Shown one piece after another: positions 62,071 through 64,000 of a DNA stretch of 64,000 bases. The notes under the pieces were generated by a model that was given only the letters and a program-made list of their open reading frames with translations, made no database searches and was not told the DNA's origin. Made by a program: the position numbers and the translations under genes. The stretch is from Diplonema japonicum (Eukaryota > Protista > Euglenozoa: Diplonemea): the NCBI GenBank assembly GCA_964019335.1, contig OZ025648.1, positions 1,127,309 to 1,191,308 on the forward strand. The letters run 5' to 3'. Positions within the stretch are counted from its first letter, which is position 1; the number at the start of each line of letters is the position of its first letter.

Positions 62071-62196
62071 CCGTCAGCGAACAAGCTGTAGAAGGAAAAC
62101 TTCTAGTTAAACCATAAGATAAAAAATAAAAAAGAATCAACTCAAAACCATCAGCAAACAAGCTGTAGAAGGAAAACTCCTAGTTAAACCAAAAAG
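62071..62196. repeat. Non-coding direct repeat, ~45 nt, period 77
   Basis: CC(G/A)TCAGC(G/A)AACAAGCTGTAGAAGGAAAACT(T/C)CTAGTTAAACCA at 62071 and 62148. Confidence 0.85.
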
Positions 62197-62338
62197 AAAA
62201 GAAACGGAACCCAACAGCAAACATGTTTTAACAAAGGAACTTCAGGGGGAAAACTCCCGGTCCCCTTTTTTTTTTCTTTTGCTAACTTTCTTTTTTTTTT
62301 TTTTTCCCCTTTGTCCTTTTGTTGTAATGGAAAAAAAA

Positions 62339-62385
<47 letters not shown>

Positions 62386-62500
62386 AAAAGAGGAACTGGC
62401 CGTTGTTTGTACGTGCCGGGTAAAACCTGGAGAAGTTTGTCAACCCGAAACACGTTGCCAACGTTCCCCTTTTGTTTAGACAAGTCAAAGACTCGTTCTT

Positions 62501-62550
<50 letters not shown>

Positions 62551-62594
62551 AATTCTAAAGAGGGCTTCCCTCAGGAACCCTTAATGTTGGCTGC

Positions 62595-64000
62595 TCAAGC
62601 CCTGGGCCCTTGCGAGCCCAGGGGGGTGGATCGACCACCCTGGGGCCCCCTCACATCTCGTTGGACAGGGCCCTTCCCGACCTTAGCGGTGCGTTGGGCC
62701 GACTGGGTCTCGTGGGAAGATACCCTTTTTCTGGCGACCTTTTCCCCGCCCTCTACCCGGACATCGGGGTTGGAGGTTTCTGGGGTACTGACCTCCGGAG
62801 AGAGGCGCCCCCCGCCTTCAGCCCCCAGCACGGGAGACTGCGACGGACGAGCGGGCGAAGGCTCTCTGTCCATACCGGAGGAGGCCGAATGTGCCTCCAT
62901 CCCGTCCGACTCGCACAGGTCCGCGGCCATGGACACCACGGGCGCCTCCGGGAACCTCGCCTCTGGAGAGTAGAGCCCTGCACCGCTCGCCCCCGGAATG
63001 GGAGATTGCGCCGTTTCGCCTTCCTCCTGCGGCGGCCTGCTACCCACGGCCAAGGGGGTCAGGGAAGGGGGCGGAACCGCTCCGAACAGCACGCGCATGC
63101 CAGCGGCCAGGCTCGACTCTCTTACGTCCAGCTGGCCGCGACCCTTCTTCACTTTTGGGGTCCGCTGGGCGGACTGAGCCTCATTCGAGGGCACCCTCTT
63201 CCTCGCCAGACCCCTGTTCCCACTGACCTCCGGCGAATCAATCTCGAGGGGCTCGGGCGCGGTCCCGTCCGCCACCGCCGCTCCCGTCTGGATGGGGGGC
63301 TCATTAGCTTCACCCTCCGCCTGGGCAGGGGGCTCCCCTCCTTCCTCCTGGATGTGGGACTCATCACCCTCCGACTGAGTAGGGGATTCGCTATCCTCCA
63401 CCTGGATGCTGGATCCACTGCCCTCCGTCTGAGTGGGGGACTCACCCACCTCCGCCTGGGTGGGGGACCCAGCCTCCTCCTCCTGGGCGGGGAGCTCCCG
63501 GACATGGGACTCACCACCCTCCGCCTGGATAGGGGGTTCGACGCCTTCCGACTGGATGGGGGACTCCTCCTCCCCGTCCGCCTCGAAGAGAACCCGCGCC
63601 ACGTAAACTTCGTCTGACTCTAGTTGGACTGGGAACCAGGGGCGGACCGCAGGCCCCCTGACGTCCAGCAGCGCTGGGTGCCTCTGTACCTTGGGATCCC
63701 TCTGGGCGGACAGGGCCTCGTTGGACGGGACCCTCTTCCTCACCAGGCTTTCCCCGATGGCTCCCACAAGCGTCACGGACGGTGTGTTCCCCGTGCTCCT
63801 GGCCTCCGGAGAGCCTGACTCACGGTCTCCCCCAAGCCTTGCCCTGTCCCCCTCCGACGAAGGGGGGCCTCGGGCAGCCCCTTCCAACACCGCCGCCACA
63901 ATGGGGGAGTCGCACCCTCCTCCGAGCACCGACTGGGAGGCCCTTGGGGTTAGCACCGCCGCTCCCTGTGAGGGTTGTGTCGTCCCCAGGCCGCTTTCTC
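62595..64000 (-). CDS. GC-rich minus-strand low-complexity ORF, 5'-truncated by window edge; possible mobile-element ORF
   Basis: Frame stays open to the window end. Three copies of RKRV(P/S)S(N/H)E..SAQR..KV......DVR and a run of 9-aa P.Q.EG.E(S/P) repeats. Composition differs from the + cluster. Confidence 0.55.
   Translation of the reverse strand, partial: ESGLGTTQPSQGAAVLTPRASQSVLGGGCDSPIVAAVLEGAARGPPSSEGDRARLGGDRESGSPEARSTGNTPSVTLVGAIGESLVRKRVPSNEALSAQRDPKVQRHPALLDVRGPAVRPWFPVQLESDEVYVARVLFEADGEEESPIQSEGVEPPIQAEGGESHVRELPAQEEEAGSPTQAEVGESPTQTEGSGSSIQVEDSESPTQSEGDESHIQEEGGEPPAQAEGEANEPPIQTGAAVADGTAPEPLEIDSPEVSGNRGLARKRVPSNEAQSAQRTPKVKKGRGQLDVRESSLAAGMRVLFGAVPPPSLTPLAVGSRPPQEEGETAQSPIPGASGAGLYSPEARFPEAPVVSMAADLCESDGMEAHSASSGMDREPSPARPSQSPVLGAEGGGRLSPEVSTPETSNPDVRVEGGEKVARKRVSSHETQSAQRTAKVGKGPVQRDVRGPQGGRSTPLGSQGPRA

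Noticed and set aside
62610-63617. 335-aa + strand ORF opposite the minus-strand ORF
   Set aside because: Likely antisense shadow in GC-rich sequence; the minus frame is longer and open to the window edge.

Overview
Eukaryotic nuclear DNA, most likely a diplonemid (Euglenozoa). The centrin at 23386 is recognisably the kinetoplastid centrin-4 type, but genes carry many very short (34-50 nt) GT-AG introns, which trypanosomatids essentially lack. From position 1 to 58632 there are 31 protein-coding genes, all on the + strand, often only 50-150 nt apart and usually with an AG just upstream of the ATG. This is the layout expected of a polycistronic, SL trans-spliced directional gene cluster. Recognisable genes: GCN2-like kinase, dephospho-CoA kinase, CBS protein, F-box/cyclin fusion, ankyrin-C2 protein, TRM112, SMC1, RNase H1, UBL/BAG-like protein, centrin, NAGPA, RlmN-like radical SAM enzyme, class I PDE, degenerate myosin, Vps23/TSG101, TRAF-like protein, SNase, METTL16-like methyltransferase, NEK, F-box protein, PDIA6, OTU1 and an AGC kinase. 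I reconstructed 14 introns by hand (plus one candidate); 13 of the 14 restore frame or remove a stop. After about 59 kb the sequence becomes homopolymer-rich and ends in a GC-rich, repeat-containing minus-strand ORF (strand switch or mobile element). Most notable observations: (1) an unnamed ~85-aa Trp/His module shared by three unrelated proteins; (2) a cyclin-F-like architecture; (3) a myosin lacking P-loop and switch motifs; (4) a tail-anchored RlmN; (5) a dispersed ~45-nt intergenic motif; (6) near-uniform +4U splice donors next to a METTL16-like gene. All calls are by eye; no database searches were run.
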